DNA from: Candidatus Latescibacterota bacterium
Lineage (GTDB): Bacteria > Latescibacterota > UBA2968 > UBA8231
Reading direction: 5' to 3'
Assembly: GCA_965208105.1 (NCBI GenBank)
Contig: OZ242318.1
Span: forward strand, 3,456,001-3,520,000
DNA length: 64,000 bases
A program made the position numbers and the translations under genes. The notes under the pieces were generated by a model. It ran no database searches, was not told the DNA's origin, and worked only from the letters and a program-made list of their open reading frames with translations. Positions 1-10,116 of the stretch are shown piece by piece. Position 1 is the stretch's first letter, and the number at the start of each line of letters is the position of its first letter.

Positions 1-151
1 GGGCGGTGCACGGGGGTGCGGGGAGGCGCCGCCGGGGGAGCGCCCGGCCACGGTTCGAGGGCTTGCAGGGCGCGGGTGAGGAATTGCGAGAGGTGGCCGA
101 TGGCCGCCGCTGGGGAAAGAGGCTGGGAAAGATATATGAAAGGACGGGGTT

Positions 152-1441
152 GTGCCGGGTCTAAAGGAAGTCGATCCTGAAATTGTGCAAATCATTGCTG
201 CTGAGAATCGTCGGCAGCACAACAAAATCCGCCTGATTCCCTCCGAAAACTACGTCAGCCAGGCCGTGCTGGAAGCCACTGGCTCCATCCTGACCAACAA
301 GTACTCCGAGGGGTATGCCGGCAGACGCTATTACGAGGGGCAGCAGCAGATCGACCGCCTGGAGGAGCTGTGTGCAGCCAGGGCGCGGGAGCTGTTCGGC
401 GCCGAACACGTCAACGTGCAGCCCTACTCGGGCTCGCCCGCCAACCAGGCTGTGTATGTGGCCCTTGCCCGTCCCGGCGATACGGTGATGGGACTTGACC
501 TTGCCCACGGCGGCCACCTGACCCATGGTGCCGGAGTAAGCGTTTCGGGCATGCACTACAAGGCCGTTCAATACGGAGTCAGAAAAGGGACGGGCGAGTT
601 GGACTATGACCAGGTGGAGGTCCTGGCCAGGGAGCACGAGCCCAAGGTGATATTCTGCGGCGGGACAGCCTATCCACGCATAATCGACTTCGAGCGGTTT
701 GCCGAAATCGGCCGGAAAGTCGGCTCCGTGGTGGTGGCGGATATTGCCCACATCGCGGGGCTGGTGGCCGCTGGGGTCCATCCCAGTCCCTTTCCCCATG
801 TAGACATAGTCACGACCACCACGCACAAGACCCTCAGGGGACCTCGCGGCGGCATGATCATGTGCAAGAAGAAGTACGCCGGGGTCCTGGACAAGGCCCT
901 GTTCCCAGGCCTTCAGGGGGGGCCGCACAATCACACCACCGCCGCCATCGCCGTTGCTCTCAAGGAGGCTGCCACCGAAGGGTTCAGGACCTATGCCGCC
1001 GGGATTGTCGCCAACGCCAGGACTCTGGCCGAGGCCCTCAAGAGCCATGGCTTCGATCTGAGCTCGGGCGGCACCGACAACCACCTGATCCTCATCGACA
1101 TGGCCTCCAGGAAGCTCACCGGAAAGCAGATGGCCAAGACCCTGGATGCGGCCGGGATCGTGTGCAACTTCAACCGGATCCCCTTCGATCCCCGCCCCGC
1201 TCTCAATCCAAGCGGAATTCGCCTTGGCACTCCGGCGGTAACCAGCCGCGGCTTCGGAGAGAAGGAAATGGTGAAGCTGGCGGATTGGATGGATCGGATC
1301 GCCGCGGTGCGGGCGGACGAAGGCCTGGAACTGGAGGATAGAAGGATGGTTTACAGAGAGGTTGCCGCTGAAGTAAAAGCTCTCTGCGACCGCTTCCCCG
1401 CACCCGGCTTGCTCTACGGGGACGCCGGCAATCCTTCCTGA
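152..1441 (+). CDS. glyA: Serine hydroxymethyltransferase
   Basis: LIPSENY, TNKYSEGY, NVQPYSGSPAN, GGHLTHG and PLP-lysine motif TTTTHKTLRGPRGG. Confidence 0.97.
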   Translation: MPGLKEVDPEIVQIIAAENRRQHNKIRLIPSENYVSQAVLEATGSILTNKYSEGYAGRRYYEGQQQIDRLEELCAARARELFGAEHVNVQPYSGSPANQAVYVALARPGDTVMGLDLAHGGHLTHGAGVSVSGMHYKAVQYGVRKGTGELDYDQVEVLAREHEPKVIFCGGTAYPRIIDFERFAEIGRKVGSVVVADIAHIAGLVAAGVHPSPFPHVDIVTTTTHKTLRGPRGGMIMCKKKYAGVLDKALFPGLQGGPHNHTTAAIAVALKEAATEGFRTYAAGIVANARTLAEALKSHGFDLSSGGTDNHLILIDMASRKLTGKQMAKTLDAAGIVCNFNRIPFDPRPALNPSGIRLGTPAVTSRGFGEKEMVKLADWMDRIAAVRADEGLELEDRRMVYREVAAEVKALCDRFPAPGLLYGDAGNPS

Positions 1442-1576
1442 ACAGGATTCCCCTTCCATCAGCCGCCTGGGGGAGGCGGATCTTCGAGAGGATGTCGCGC
1501 TCCGGTCCTCGGAGGAGCCCTGATTTCGGCCGACTCCTGCCTGGAGTCGACCTCAGGCGCGGATCCTCCGGGTTTC

Positions 1577-1672
1577 CTAACCGCCGAATATGGTCATCCC
1601 GAACTGCAGGAACAACCAGGTAAGTGCGACGAGGATCAGGAAGGGAGCAAAATTACTTCCGCTGGTTTTCAT
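1577..1672 (-). CDS. Candidate 31-aa single-pass membrane small protein (not in ORF track)
   Basis: MKTSGSNFAPFLILVALTWLFLQFGMTIFGG*; GGGAGG 5 nt upstream of ATG; AT-rich upstream region 1710-1750. Confidence 0.5.
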   Translation of the reverse strand: MKTSGSNFAPFLILVALTWLFLQFGMTIFGG

Positions 1673-1981
1673 GATAGCCTCCCGGCTCCCGGGGAGTAGG
1701 GGACTATGCTCCCTATTTAATAAATAGTGACAAATATCGCAAGCAACTTACACTGGGAGTTCATGCTCCGGACCGATTCATCAGGTTGAGGGCAGGTGCC
1801 TGCGGGCGAAATCCAGGGTGCGAAGGATGGCGCCTGAGCCCCCGGCTCGCAACGGCGCCTGAGCGCGTCGCGCCGGGGTGTGCGGGAAGCGGGGACGACG
1901 CCCCGAGCCGGGATGCCGCGGCGGGGCCGTATTTACGCGGAATCGAGCAGGCAGGCATAGTTTCAGAGCGACGGCAGAGCC

Positions 1982-2869
1982 ATGGGTGACCAGAGAACAG
2001 CCAGCCTCTACGGAATTGCCGCCGTCTTGCTGTGGTCCACCGTGGCATCGGCTTTCAAGCTCTCGCTGCGCTACCTGGATTGCCTTCAGCTTCTCCTCTT
2101 CGCCAACATTGCCTCCATCCTCGTCCTGGGCGCGGTATTGGTCCTCCAGGGTAAATCCGGACTTGTCCTTTCCTTTACCCCAAGGCAGTACCTGCGGTCG
2201 CTGGGTTTGGGGTTTCTGAACCCCTTCCTCTACTACCTCGTGCTGTTCAAGGCCTACGATCTGCTGCCGGCGCAGGAAGCCCAGGCGCTCAACTACACCT
2301 GGGCCCTGACCCTGGCGTTCCTGTCCATTCCCCTCCTGGGGCAGAGGATAGGACTGCGCGATCTGGTTGCGGGCCTTGTGTGCTATTCGGGGGTGCTTGT
2401 GATCTCCACCCGGGGCGACGTCCTCGGCTTGCAGTTCTCCAACCCCGCGGGTGTTTCCCTCGCCCTGGGAAGCACCATCCTATGGGCCCTCTACTGGATC
2501 TACAATACCAGGGACGAGCGCGACCCGGCAGCCGGACTGTTTCTCAATTTTGCATTTGGTCTGCCGTTCGTTCTGGTCGCTTTCCTGATTTTCTCGGATT
2601 TTCCCGAACTCGATCCCCCAGGCCTGCTGGGAGCTGCCTATGTAGGTGTTTTCGAGATGGGAATCACATTCGTGCTCTGGCTGGCCGCGCTGAAACGATC
2701 CGAGAACACCTCCAGGGTCGCCAATTTGATTTTCGTCTCCCCCTTCCTCTCCCTTATCTTCATCCACTTTCTCGTCGGCGAGGAAATCCTCGGTTCCACC
2801 TTCGCTGGACTGGTGCTGATCGTCGCAGGTCTCTTCATCCAGCGCATGAAAACGGTGAAAACGGAATGA
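1982..2869 (+). CDS. DMT/EamA family transporter
   Basis: About 10 hydrophobic segments in two repeats; LWSTVASAFK, GFLNPFLYY, LNYTW motifs. Confidence 0.9.
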   Translation: MGDQRTASLYGIAAVLLWSTVASAFKLSLRYLDCLQLLLFANIASILVLGAVLVLQGKSGLVLSFTPRQYLRSLGLGFLNPFLYYLVLFKAYDLLPAQEAQALNYTWALTLAFLSIPLLGQRIGLRDLVAGLVCYSGVLVISTRGDVLGLQFSNPAGVSLALGSTILWALYWIYNTRDERDPAAGLFLNFAFGLPFVLVAFLIFSDFPELDPPGLLGAAYVGVFEMGITFVLWLAALKRSENTSRVANLIFVSPFLSLIFIHFLVGEEILGSTFAGLVLIVAGLFIQRMKTVKTE

Positions 2870-3108
2870 AGGGGCCCCTCCACCTTGCGGATCAGGTCTG
2901 GTTCAATAGCATTTGCGCTTGCTATCCCGACTGAGGTTCCTGCATATTAGAACCAGTCAGGCAGCTCCCGCTCAGCTCCGGTGACCATTGACCGCCGCCT
3001 GCCCCTTCCGTCCCCGGACCGCAAGGCGATTCGGGAAGCGGCGCGCCCCTGGAATGGTCCCTTCTCCTCCGCATCCGAATATTTTCGCTTTCCGCTACTT
3101 CTCTGCGC

Positions 3109-3621
3109 ATGAAGCTCGCCTTCCTATCTCTCCTTTTCTCCGCACTCCTGTGGGCATGCGGCTCGATTGCCCCGGCGCCGCGCTACACCCACTCCGACGG
3201 CCCCGGCAGAGTGATGAGCGAGCTTCAGAAACGCCGCCGCGCCGGCAAGGGACGGCTTCTGCGCGTGGTGGACTCCTACCTTGGCGTACCCTACAAATGG
3301 GGCGGCACCACGCGGAAGGGCATGGATTGCTCTGCCATGACCCGCGCGGTCTACCGTGAAACCTATGGACTGGAGTTGCCCCGGACTTCCAGGCAGATGT
3401 ACCGGTTGGGGAGGAGCATCCGCAAATCCGATCTCAAGCCCGGGGACCTGGTTTTCTTCACCGATACCTACTCGGGGGTCGGAGTTTCCCACGTGGGAAT
3501 CTATATCGGCAAGGGCCGGTTTGCCCACGCCAGCGTCAGCGAGGGGGGCACGATAACCTCCCTGGCCCATCCCTATTTCGATATCCGCTATGCCGGCGCG
3601 CGCAGGATAACGAGGCGCTGA
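3109..3621 (+). CDS. NlpC/P60 (C40) cell-wall peptidase lipoprotein
   Basis: Lipobox LWAC; YLGVPYKWGG, DCSA, PGDLVFF, SHVGIY, HAS catalytic motifs. Confidence 0.93.
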   Translation: MKLAFLSLLFSALLWACGSIAPAPRYTHSDGPGRVMSELQKRRRAGKGRLLRVVDSYLGVPYKWGGTTRKGMDCSAMTRAVYRETYGLELPRTSRQMYRLGRSIRKSDLKPGDLVFFTDTYSGVGVSHVGIYIGKGRFAHASVSEGGTITSLAHPYFDIRYAGARRITRR

Positions 3622-3626
3622 CAGGT

Positions 3627-4949
3627 ATGCGTATCTTTTCGAGGGAGAAGGCAGTATTCCTCTTTGGGGCCGTCGGGGTCGAGGCCGGTCTGCTCTTCAT
3701 CGTCTTCCTCGGAGACCTGCGCCCTCAGATTACCCTGTTCTGGTGCGGCCTCCTGGTGGCATTTCTAAGCTACCTCCTCTGTGCATTTCGGGTTTGCAGG
3801 AAGCCCGGCTGCTCGCTTGTGGGCGTGCTCGTTGCTGCCATCGTATTTCGCCTGACCCTGCTGGGGAGCCAGCCTTCCCTGTCGGACGACGTCTACCGCT
3901 ATGTGTGGGACGGAAGGGTGCAGTTGAGCGGAATCAACCCCTATCTCCACCCGCCCTCCGCACCGGAGTTGGAACACCTGCGCGACGAATTCTATCCAGG
4001 CATCAACCACAAGGACGTTCCGACTGTATACCCGCCTGTAACCCAGTTCTATTTTCGCCTGGTCTGTTCACTTGCGCCTGCCCCGACGGCGATGAAGTGC
4101 GGGTTGGCCCTCTTCGAGTTCGGGATAGTGCTCCTGCTCGTCGGAATCCTTCGTCAGCGCCGGCAGGACGGGCGCAGGGTGCTGATCTACGCGTGGAATC
4201 CGCTCCCCGTAATCGAGGTCGCCGGCAGCGGCCACAGCGATGCCCTCGGGGTTTTTTTCCTGATGCTCTCCCTCTACGCCCTGAACGGCGGACGCCGAAG
4301 CGCTGCGGTGTGGGCCCTCGCCGCGGCTTCTCTCGTCAAATTCGTCCCCGTCCTGGCGCTCGCGGCCTTCTGGCGCCGAATGGGGTCGTCCTGGTTCGAG
4401 CTGAGACGTCGCTGGTGCCTGCTGTGGTTTCCCGCCCTGGTCGCTGCCGCGTATCTGCCCTTTGTCGGTGCGGGGGAGCAGCTGATCGCGGGGCTGAAGG
4501 CCTATGCCTACAAGTGGCGCTTCAACGATGCCCTTTTCTCAATTGCGCTCGGTGTCTCGGAATTTTTCAACCCGGGCCCGGACGGCGGTTCCTTGATGCT
4601 GGCGAAGTGGATCTGTGCCGGAGTCCTTCTTCTCGTGGTGCTTTGGACGGCCCTGCGCTGCTCCGACGTTTACCGCACTCTCTTCGTGGTTATGGGCGCA
4701 TGGCTCTTGCTCATGCCTGTCCTGCATCCCTGGTACCTGATGTGGATCCTGCCCTTTCTGCCCCTTTTTCCGCGTCCTTCCTGGATACTCTTCAGCGGCC
4801 TCGCCTTTCTTGCCTATGAAGTTCTGATTGGCTATAGTAGGGATGGAACATGGCAGGAACAGACCTGGGTGAAATGGGCCCAGTACTGTCCGTTCTACTT
4901 TCTCCTTGTGTTCTATCCCGCCTACCGACGGTGGCGGGCTGATCGTTGA
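3627..4949 (+). CDS. GT87-like polytopic membrane glycosyltransferase
   Basis: LSDDVYRYVWDG, TVYPP, YAWNPL, HPWY motifs; many TM segments. Confidence 0.85.
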   Translation: MRIFSREKAVFLFGAVGVEAGLLFIVFLGDLRPQITLFWCGLLVAFLSYLLCAFRVCRKPGCSLVGVLVAAIVFRLTLLGSQPSLSDDVYRYVWDGRVQLSGINPYLHPPSAPELEHLRDEFYPGINHKDVPTVYPPVTQFYFRLVCSLAPAPTAMKCGLALFEFGIVLLLVGILRQRRQDGRRVLIYAWNPLPVIEVAGSGHSDALGVFFLMLSLYALNGGRRSAAVWALAAASLVKFVPVLALAAFWRRMGSSWFELRRRWCLLWFPALVAAAYLPFVGAGEQLIAGLKAYAYKWRFNDALFSIALGVSEFFNPGPDGGSLMLAKWICAGVLLLVVLWTALRCSDVYRTLFVVMGAWLLLMPVLHPWYLMWILPFLPLFPRPSWILFSGLAFLAYEVLIGYSRDGTWQEQTWVKWAQYCPFYFLLVFYPAYRRWRADR

Positions 4950-5172
4950 AATCGGGGAACTTCGGGTTGCCTTGAAACGTGTACCTGTTGCAAATCCAGG
5001 CGCTTTCACGGAGTAATCCTGCGCAAGCGGCCTCGAATGCCCGGGGCGGCCCCGGGGTGCGCGCGAGCCGTGGACCTGGAATCTCGCCATGGGTGTCCGG
5101 TCATTCAGGAAATTCTATCGATGCCATGGAACGAGGAACGCCAGCCCTTTTCCCCTCCGAGGTTGAAGGAAA

Positions 5173-6081
5173 ATGTCGGGAAGCCGGCCTGCCTTGAAAT
5201 ACATACTCACCTGGGGCGCCTTGTCAGTATGCTGCCTGTATCTGGTGGGATGCCTGGAGCTGATTCGCCGCAGCCCGGCAAAGGGGGTGGAGCAGGGAAG
5301 TGCATTCACCTCCGTCCAGACGCGGGAGGACGGGACGACCGCCGCGGATGCCGGGGGCGAGGAGGATGGTGATGCGGCTGCCGAGCCGGACTCCTCGGGG
5401 TCCGAGGTTGTCGAGGGACCCGGGGCAGCAGAGGATTCACCGAAGATCACTGTGCATGATAAGGAGGAGGGACCGGCCGGGGGAGACCATCCGTCCTCAG
5501 CTCCTGGAGGAAAGGCAGGGGAGCCAGCCGCTTCCGGGGGACAGGGTGTTCAAGCCGCGGCCGGAGGAGCTCCAATGGACCCGGAAAAGGCCGGGGAGCT
5601 CGGTGATTCCCCGAATGCATCAGGGTCCGAACCGGTGATTGAAGGGCCTGCGCCTGTGGCTCCCAGGGCCGAAAAAGTAAGGCACACCAGGCGCAGCCGC
5701 AGTCGCGGTCAGGAGATCAGGCAGGTCAATGAATACGCGTTCTGGTGTCTTGAGAAGGGCCTGTGGAACGAAGCCAGGCTGCATCTGGAACAGGCGGTGG
5801 AACGGGACAGCCTGGCCGCCAGCCTGCACAACAACCTGGGAATCATCTACGAGCGCATGGGCCACGAGGAGAAGGCCCTGGCCGCCTACGGCAAAGCCTG
5901 GGACCTGAGTCCCAGGAAGAAGGCCTACAGGGACAACCTGGAGAAACTAAAGAGGCGGCAGCGGGCGATTCCCGACAGCGCCGTGCGAATAGACATCATC
6001 GACCTGGAAGACCAGGCCGAGCAGGGTCCGGCATCCGGCAGCCCCGCGGAAGCCCGGCAGTCAATCCTGGCGGGAGGGTAG
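5173..6081 (+). CDS. Membrane-anchored TPR protein with low-complexity linker
   Basis: N-terminal hydrophobic segment, acidic Ala/Gly/Pro linker, TPR motifs (LHNNLGIIYERMG..EKALAAYGKA). Confidence 0.75.
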   Translation: MSGSRPALKYILTWGALSVCCLYLVGCLELIRRSPAKGVEQGSAFTSVQTREDGTTAADAGGEEDGDAAAEPDSSGSEVVEGPGAAEDSPKITVHDKEEGPAGGDHPSSAPGGKAGEPAASGGQGVQAAAGGAPMDPEKAGELGDSPNASGSEPVIEGPAPVAPRAEKVRHTRRSRSRGQEIRQVNEYAFWCLEKGLWNEARLHLEQAVERDSLAASLHNNLGIIYERMGHEEKALAAYGKAWDLSPRKKAYRDNLEKLKRRQRAIPDSAVRIDIIDLEDQAEQGPASGSPAEARQSILAGG

Positions 6082-9000
6082 TGGTGTTGCGCAGAACAGC
6101 AAGGAGAATGCCCAAATGGAGTGGCGCCGGTTTCTTCGGCATCGCTCTGTCCGCGGCGGTTCTGTTCTGGTCTCTGCCCGCATCCGGCCAGGATATTCTC
6201 ACCTCGCAGCTGGTGCAGGGATTCGGCAAGAACAAGGTGCGCTACAAGAACTTCGACTGGTGGATTCTCGAAAGCGAGCACCTCGACCTGTATTACGAGC
6301 CCGAATTCCACGAACTTGCCGCAACGGCGGTTGAGTACCTGGAGGAGGCCTATGTCCACATCAGCGCGGTCCTGCACCACGAGCTGTCCCACCGGCCTCC
6401 CATCGTAATTTTCAAGTCGCACTACGAGTTCCAGCAAACCAACATCATCCACGAGTTCCTTCCCCCGGGAGTGGCCGGCTTTGCCGAGCCTCTGCGCTAC
6501 CGCATAGTCATTCCATTCAACGGCGACCTGGACGAGTTCCGCAACGTCCTGGTCCACGAACTCTGCCACATCTTTCAGTACGACATCCTCTACAAGGGGC
6601 CGATAAAGCGCCTGTCCAACCCCCTCAGTTCCCCGCCGACCTGGATCATGGAAGGCATGGCCGAGTACGTGACCCCCGGGCGCAACACGGTCGACGAGAT
6701 GGTGCTGCGCGACGCGGTCCTCACCGACCAGCTGATCCCCCTGGAGGCAATGAACTCGTCCTGGGGCTCCGGAAACGTCTTTCTCGCCTACAAGCAGAGC
6801 CACAGCATCATCGAGTACATCGCGGCCAACTACGGCCCCGAAAAGATCAGCCGCATCCTGCGCCTGTGGGACAGCCAGAACGACACCGACAAACTGCTGC
6901 AGCGCCTCATGGGCAAGGACATGGACATGGAGACGTTGCACGAGCGCTGGTCGGCACACATGCGCAAACAGTACTGGCCCCTTCTCCAGACCCGGGACTA
7001 CCTCGCCGAACTGGGCAGCAAGGTCGGCAGCGAAGATAACCCGTATCAAGGCTACGCCAGCGCCAAGTGGTCGCTGAGCGGCGATATGCTCGCGGTGCTG
7101 TCCTCGGACGCGGTGGAGCAGCACATCGACATCATCCGGGTTCACGACGGCTCGCTGGTCGAGCGCGTGACCAGGGGAATGTTCGCCACCCGCTACGACC
7201 ATTTGACCTTCGGCGAGGGCACCGTGGCATGGGCTCCCGACGGGCACAGCATTGCCTTTGTGGCCAAGAAGGGCCCGAAGGACATGATCCTCCTCTGGGA
7301 CCTCTACGACAAGCGGCTGGTGCAGAGCATGAGTTTTGACGGTCTGGAGGTGATCGAAGCCCTTTCCTTTTCGCCCGACAGCCGCCGCCTTGCCTTTGTG
7401 GGCAGCGGCTACGGTCAAAGCGACATCTACATGGTCGAGGTCGAAAGCGGGGACCTCACCCAGATTACCGGCACTCCCCAGCGCGACGACTATCCGGCAT
7501 TTTCCCCCGACGGGGAAAGACTCGCATTCAGCAGCAAGTACGGCACTCAATTCGACATCAAACTCTACGACTTCTCCACCGGCAAGAGCCAGGTGGTGGT
7601 GCAGAGTCCCACCGACGACCTGTGGCCCAAATGGTTCCCGGACGGAGACAAGCTGCTCTTCGTCTCGACCCGGGAAAAGATCAACGACCTCTTTGTCTAC
7701 GACCTCGAAGAGGGCCGCGAGTACCGCATCACCCGGACCTTGAGCGGGGTCATGAGCCCGGATTTGTCCGCGGACGGCAAGCAACTCATTATGAGCACCT
7801 ACTACCAGGGCCGCAGCCGTCTCTATCGGATGAAGATACCCCCGTGGCCCGAGATCGTGCGCACCAGCGCTGACCTGTACGCCCGGGCGGAAGGCGGATC
7901 TGCCCCCGGGTCGTCTCCTCCGGATCCGGCGCGGTCCGCCCGGGACAGCGAAGCGCCTCCACCGATCCCGGCTGACGAACAGTCACCGGGAGATGAAATA
8001 CATGCCGAGTTGAAGGAGGAAATTTCTCTCGTTGAGCAGGGCACCGGTCAGGGGGGTGCTGTGCTCCTGGCCGACATTTCCGGAGGTTTGACCGGGCTCG
8101 AGGCGGAGGAGAAGGCCGAACCCAAGGCCCGGGCGCCGGCCGGACCTGCGGATTCCCTGGAAACGGCGGGGATCGGAGCGCCGGAGCTGAAACGGCGCCG
8201 CTACGTTCCCAAGCTGGAGTTCGACGGCATCAGCCTGCAGATGGGCTACAATACGGGTGGTTTCCTGTCTTCGGTGGCGCAGTTGAGCATGAGCGACCTC
8301 CTTGGCAATCACTCGCTGGCCCTGGCCACCGACTACGTGGCTTCCCAGGACATCAGCAACGATTTCAACTTTGCCGGGACCTACCAGTACTACGGACAGC
8401 GTCCCACCTACAACGCAGCCGTTTTCAACTGGAACCAGTTCTACAGCGACCGCAATTTCTTCAACCAGCCGACCTTTCGCCGCACCCCCTTCACCTCGGG
8501 CATCGTGCGCATTCAACAGCGGGGGGCGCTGTTGTCGGCCTCCTATCCGCGCGACCTATACCGCCGCCTGGACCTGAACTACACCTATGTGAGCGAAGTG
8601 GAGGAACGGGTCTATCCCCAGCAGGAGCTGGTGGATTCCAGCAGCACTCACCTGCTCAGGGCCGCTTACGTGCACGATTCGATCACCTACGGGTTGCTGG
8701 GGCCCACCGCCGGCCGGAGCTACTTTCTCTCCATCGGCCGCACGCTCAGACTATCCGGCGGCGACCGTTCCTTCGCCCACATCGAGGTGGACTACCGCCA
8801 TTACCTGCGCCTGGGCCGCTGGTCGGTGCTTGGCCTGCGCGGCAGCAGCATCTCATCCATAGGGCCGGACGCACTCAGCTACAACCTGGGCGGCCCCGCC
8901 TGGTGGCAGCCGTTCTACGCCGGGTTCAACCTCAACGCCGGCCCCTTGCGAGGCTACAAATGGTCTGAGCTTCAGGGCAGCCGGGTGGTGCTGGCGAACG

Positions 9001-9326
9001 CCGAGTTGCGCGTGCCGTTTATTCGGGGCATCCTTTTCGGCTGGCCCGGAAATTTCGTCATTCCCGCGGTGGACGGCAGCGCATTTCTTGACCTGGGGAC
9101 GGCGTGGGACGAGACGGACAAGCTTGAACTCTGGCCGCTTTACAATCCCGAATCCCCGGATACCGCCCTCGAGCCAGGGGCCGTGAAGTCCCTGCGTGCA
9201 AGTGTGGGCTTCGGACTGGTGCTCTACTTCATCCTGCCGATGAATTTCGAGTGGGCATGGCAGACCGACCTGCAAGGCCACTATTCGGACCGCCGCTTTC
9301 ACTTCAGCTTTGGACAAAGTTTTTGA
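6081..9326 (+). CDS. Zincin peptidase (MA-like) + TolB-like PD40 propeller + Omp85/BamA-like barrel protein; start uncertain (6081-6108)
   Basis: HELCH...WIMEGMAEY; repeated W/FSPDG motifs; PLRGY, ANAELRVP and C-terminal FHFSFGQSF barrel signature. Confidence 0.85.
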   Translation: MVLRRTARRMPKWSGAGFFGIALSAAVLFWSLPASGQDILTSQLVQGFGKNKVRYKNFDWWILESEHLDLYYEPEFHELAATAVEYLEEAYVHISAVLHHELSHRPPIVIFKSHYEFQQTNIIHEFLPPGVAGFAEPLRYRIVIPFNGDLDEFRNVLVHELCHIFQYDILYKGPIKRLSNPLSSPPTWIMEGMAEYVTPGRNTVDEMVLRDAVLTDQLIPLEAMNSSWGSGNVFLAYKQSHSIIEYIAANYGPEKISRILRLWDSQNDTDKLLQRLMGKDMDMETLHERWSAHMRKQYWPLLQTRDYLAELGSKVGSEDNPYQGYASAKWSLSGDMLAVLSSDAVEQHIDIIRVHDGSLVERVTRGMFATRYDHLTFGEGTVAWAPDGHSIAFVAKKGPKDMILLWDLYDKRLVQSMSFDGLEVIEALSFSPDSRRLAFVGSGYGQSDIYMVEVESGDLTQITGTPQRDDYPAFSPDGERLAFSSKYGTQFDIKLYDFSTGKSQVVVQSPTDDLWPKWFPDGDKLLFVSTREKINDLFVYDLEEGREYRITRTLSGVMSPDLSADGKQLIMSTYYQGRSRLYRMKIPPWPEIVRTSADLYARAEGGSAPGSSPPDPARSARDSEAPPPIPADEQSPGDEIHAELKEEISLVEQGTGQGGAVLLADISGGLTGLEAEEKAEPKARAPAGPADSLETAGIGAPELKRRRYVPKLEFDGISLQMGYNTGGFLSSVAQLSMSDLLGNHSLALATDYVASQDISNDFNFAGTYQYYGQRPTYNAAVFNWNQFYSDRNFFNQPTFRRTPFTSGIVRIQQRGALLSASYPRDLYRRLDLNYTYVSEVEERVYPQQELVDSSSTHLLRAAYVHDSITYGLLGPTAGRSYFLSIGRTLRLSGGDRSFAHIEVDYRHYLRLGRWSVLGLRGSSISSIGPDALSYNLGGPAWWQPFYAGFNLNAGPLRGYKWSELQGSRVVLANAELRVPFIRGILFGWPGNFVIPAVDGSAFLDLGTAWDETDKLELWPLYNPESPDTALEPGAVKSLRASVGFGLVLYFILPMNFEWAWQTDLQGHYSDRRFHFSFGQSF

Positions 9327-10036
9327 GAAGGCATTTCCCCTTCATCGGCTGCCTGGCCATTGCCGCGGGATTCCTTGGCTGTGCGAGCCAGGGCACCTTC
9401 AAGACGGTCGAGTTCCAGGCGCCGTCCCTGCCCGATCCGGCCCTGCGTCCTCTGCTCGAGGACGTCAAGCGCATCGGCGTGCTCTCCATTACCAATATCG
9501 ACCCTTTCAGGGAGTTGGACATCGAGAAGGTCATGGCCCGGATGGGCGACGCCATCGCACGGGGATTGAGCAACAGGCCCCGGACCACGGTGGTATCCCA
9601 GGACGAGATCACCTGGCACTTCAAGGATATGGCCTTCGATTCGACCAATGTCTTCACCAGGAAGACGAGAACCGCCCTGCGCGAGGAGATGAAGCTCGAT
9701 GCTCTGGTTTTTGTCGAGCTCAACGGTGTGCAGGCGCGCATGGCCCCCGTGTCTCCCTCGCCCTATGCCTATGGGGGACTCACTCCCAATCCGAGCATGA
9801 CCATGTCGGTGGATCTGCAGGTGAGCCTGATCAACCTGCACAGCGGCAAGGCCTGGCAGCGCCAGGGGCGGCAGCGCAACTGGCAGCCGATCCAGATTTC
9901 GCAGCTCATGGGTGCCGGCAACCAGACCGAGCGTCAGTTGATGATGGCCATGGCGGGGACCCTGCGGCAGTTCTTCCTGATGGTGGCCCCGCCTCCGCGC
10001 CTGCAGGCGCGCCGTTTCGAGATCAGCGGCAATTGA
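9323..10036 (+). CDS. Hypothetical lipoprotein
   Basis: TTG start overlapping upstream stop; signal MRRHFPFIGCLAIAAGFLGC. Confidence 0.7.
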   Translation: MRRHFPFIGCLAIAAGFLGCASQGTFKTVEFQAPSLPDPALRPLLEDVKRIGVLSITNIDPFRELDIEKVMARMGDAIARGLSNRPRTTVVSQDEITWHFKDMAFDSTNVFTRKTRTALREEMKLDALVFVELNGVQARMAPVSPSPYAYGGLTPNPSMTMSVDLQVSLINLHSGKAWQRQGRQRNWQPIQISQLMGAGNQTERQLMMAMAGTLRQFFLMVAPPPRLQARRFEISGN

Positions 10037-10053
10037 ATTGAGTGAGACCTGCA

Positions 10054-10100
10054 GAACGAAAAGAGGCGGATGGTGAATATCCATCCGCCTCTTTTCGTTC
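10054..10100. terminator. Bidirectional intrinsic terminator between convergent genes
   Basis: Perfect 20-bp inverted repeat GAACGAAAAGAGGCGGATGG-7 nt-CCATCCGCCTCTTTTCGTTC. Confidence 0.85.
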
Positions 10101-10116
10101 CGGTCGGGAGGTCGTA

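Noticed and set aside
1-150. Possible ZMP/ZTP or glycine riboswitch upstream of glyA
   Set aside because: Consensus motifs not found; the GCCGCCTGGG at ~1462 lies downstream of the gene.
1800-1915. GC-rich stem (CCCGGCTCG/CGAGCCGGG) and twin GGCGCCTGAGC upstream of the EamA gene as a riboswitch
   Set aside because: No match to a class I recognise; such stems arise by chance at this GC content. An Rfam scan would settle it.
5763-6080. N-terminal extensions in the ORF track (also 24674, 30575, 22606, 14314, 13469, 58959)
   Set aside because: Most overlap upstream genes; signal peptides, RBS positions and motif starts indicate later start codons.
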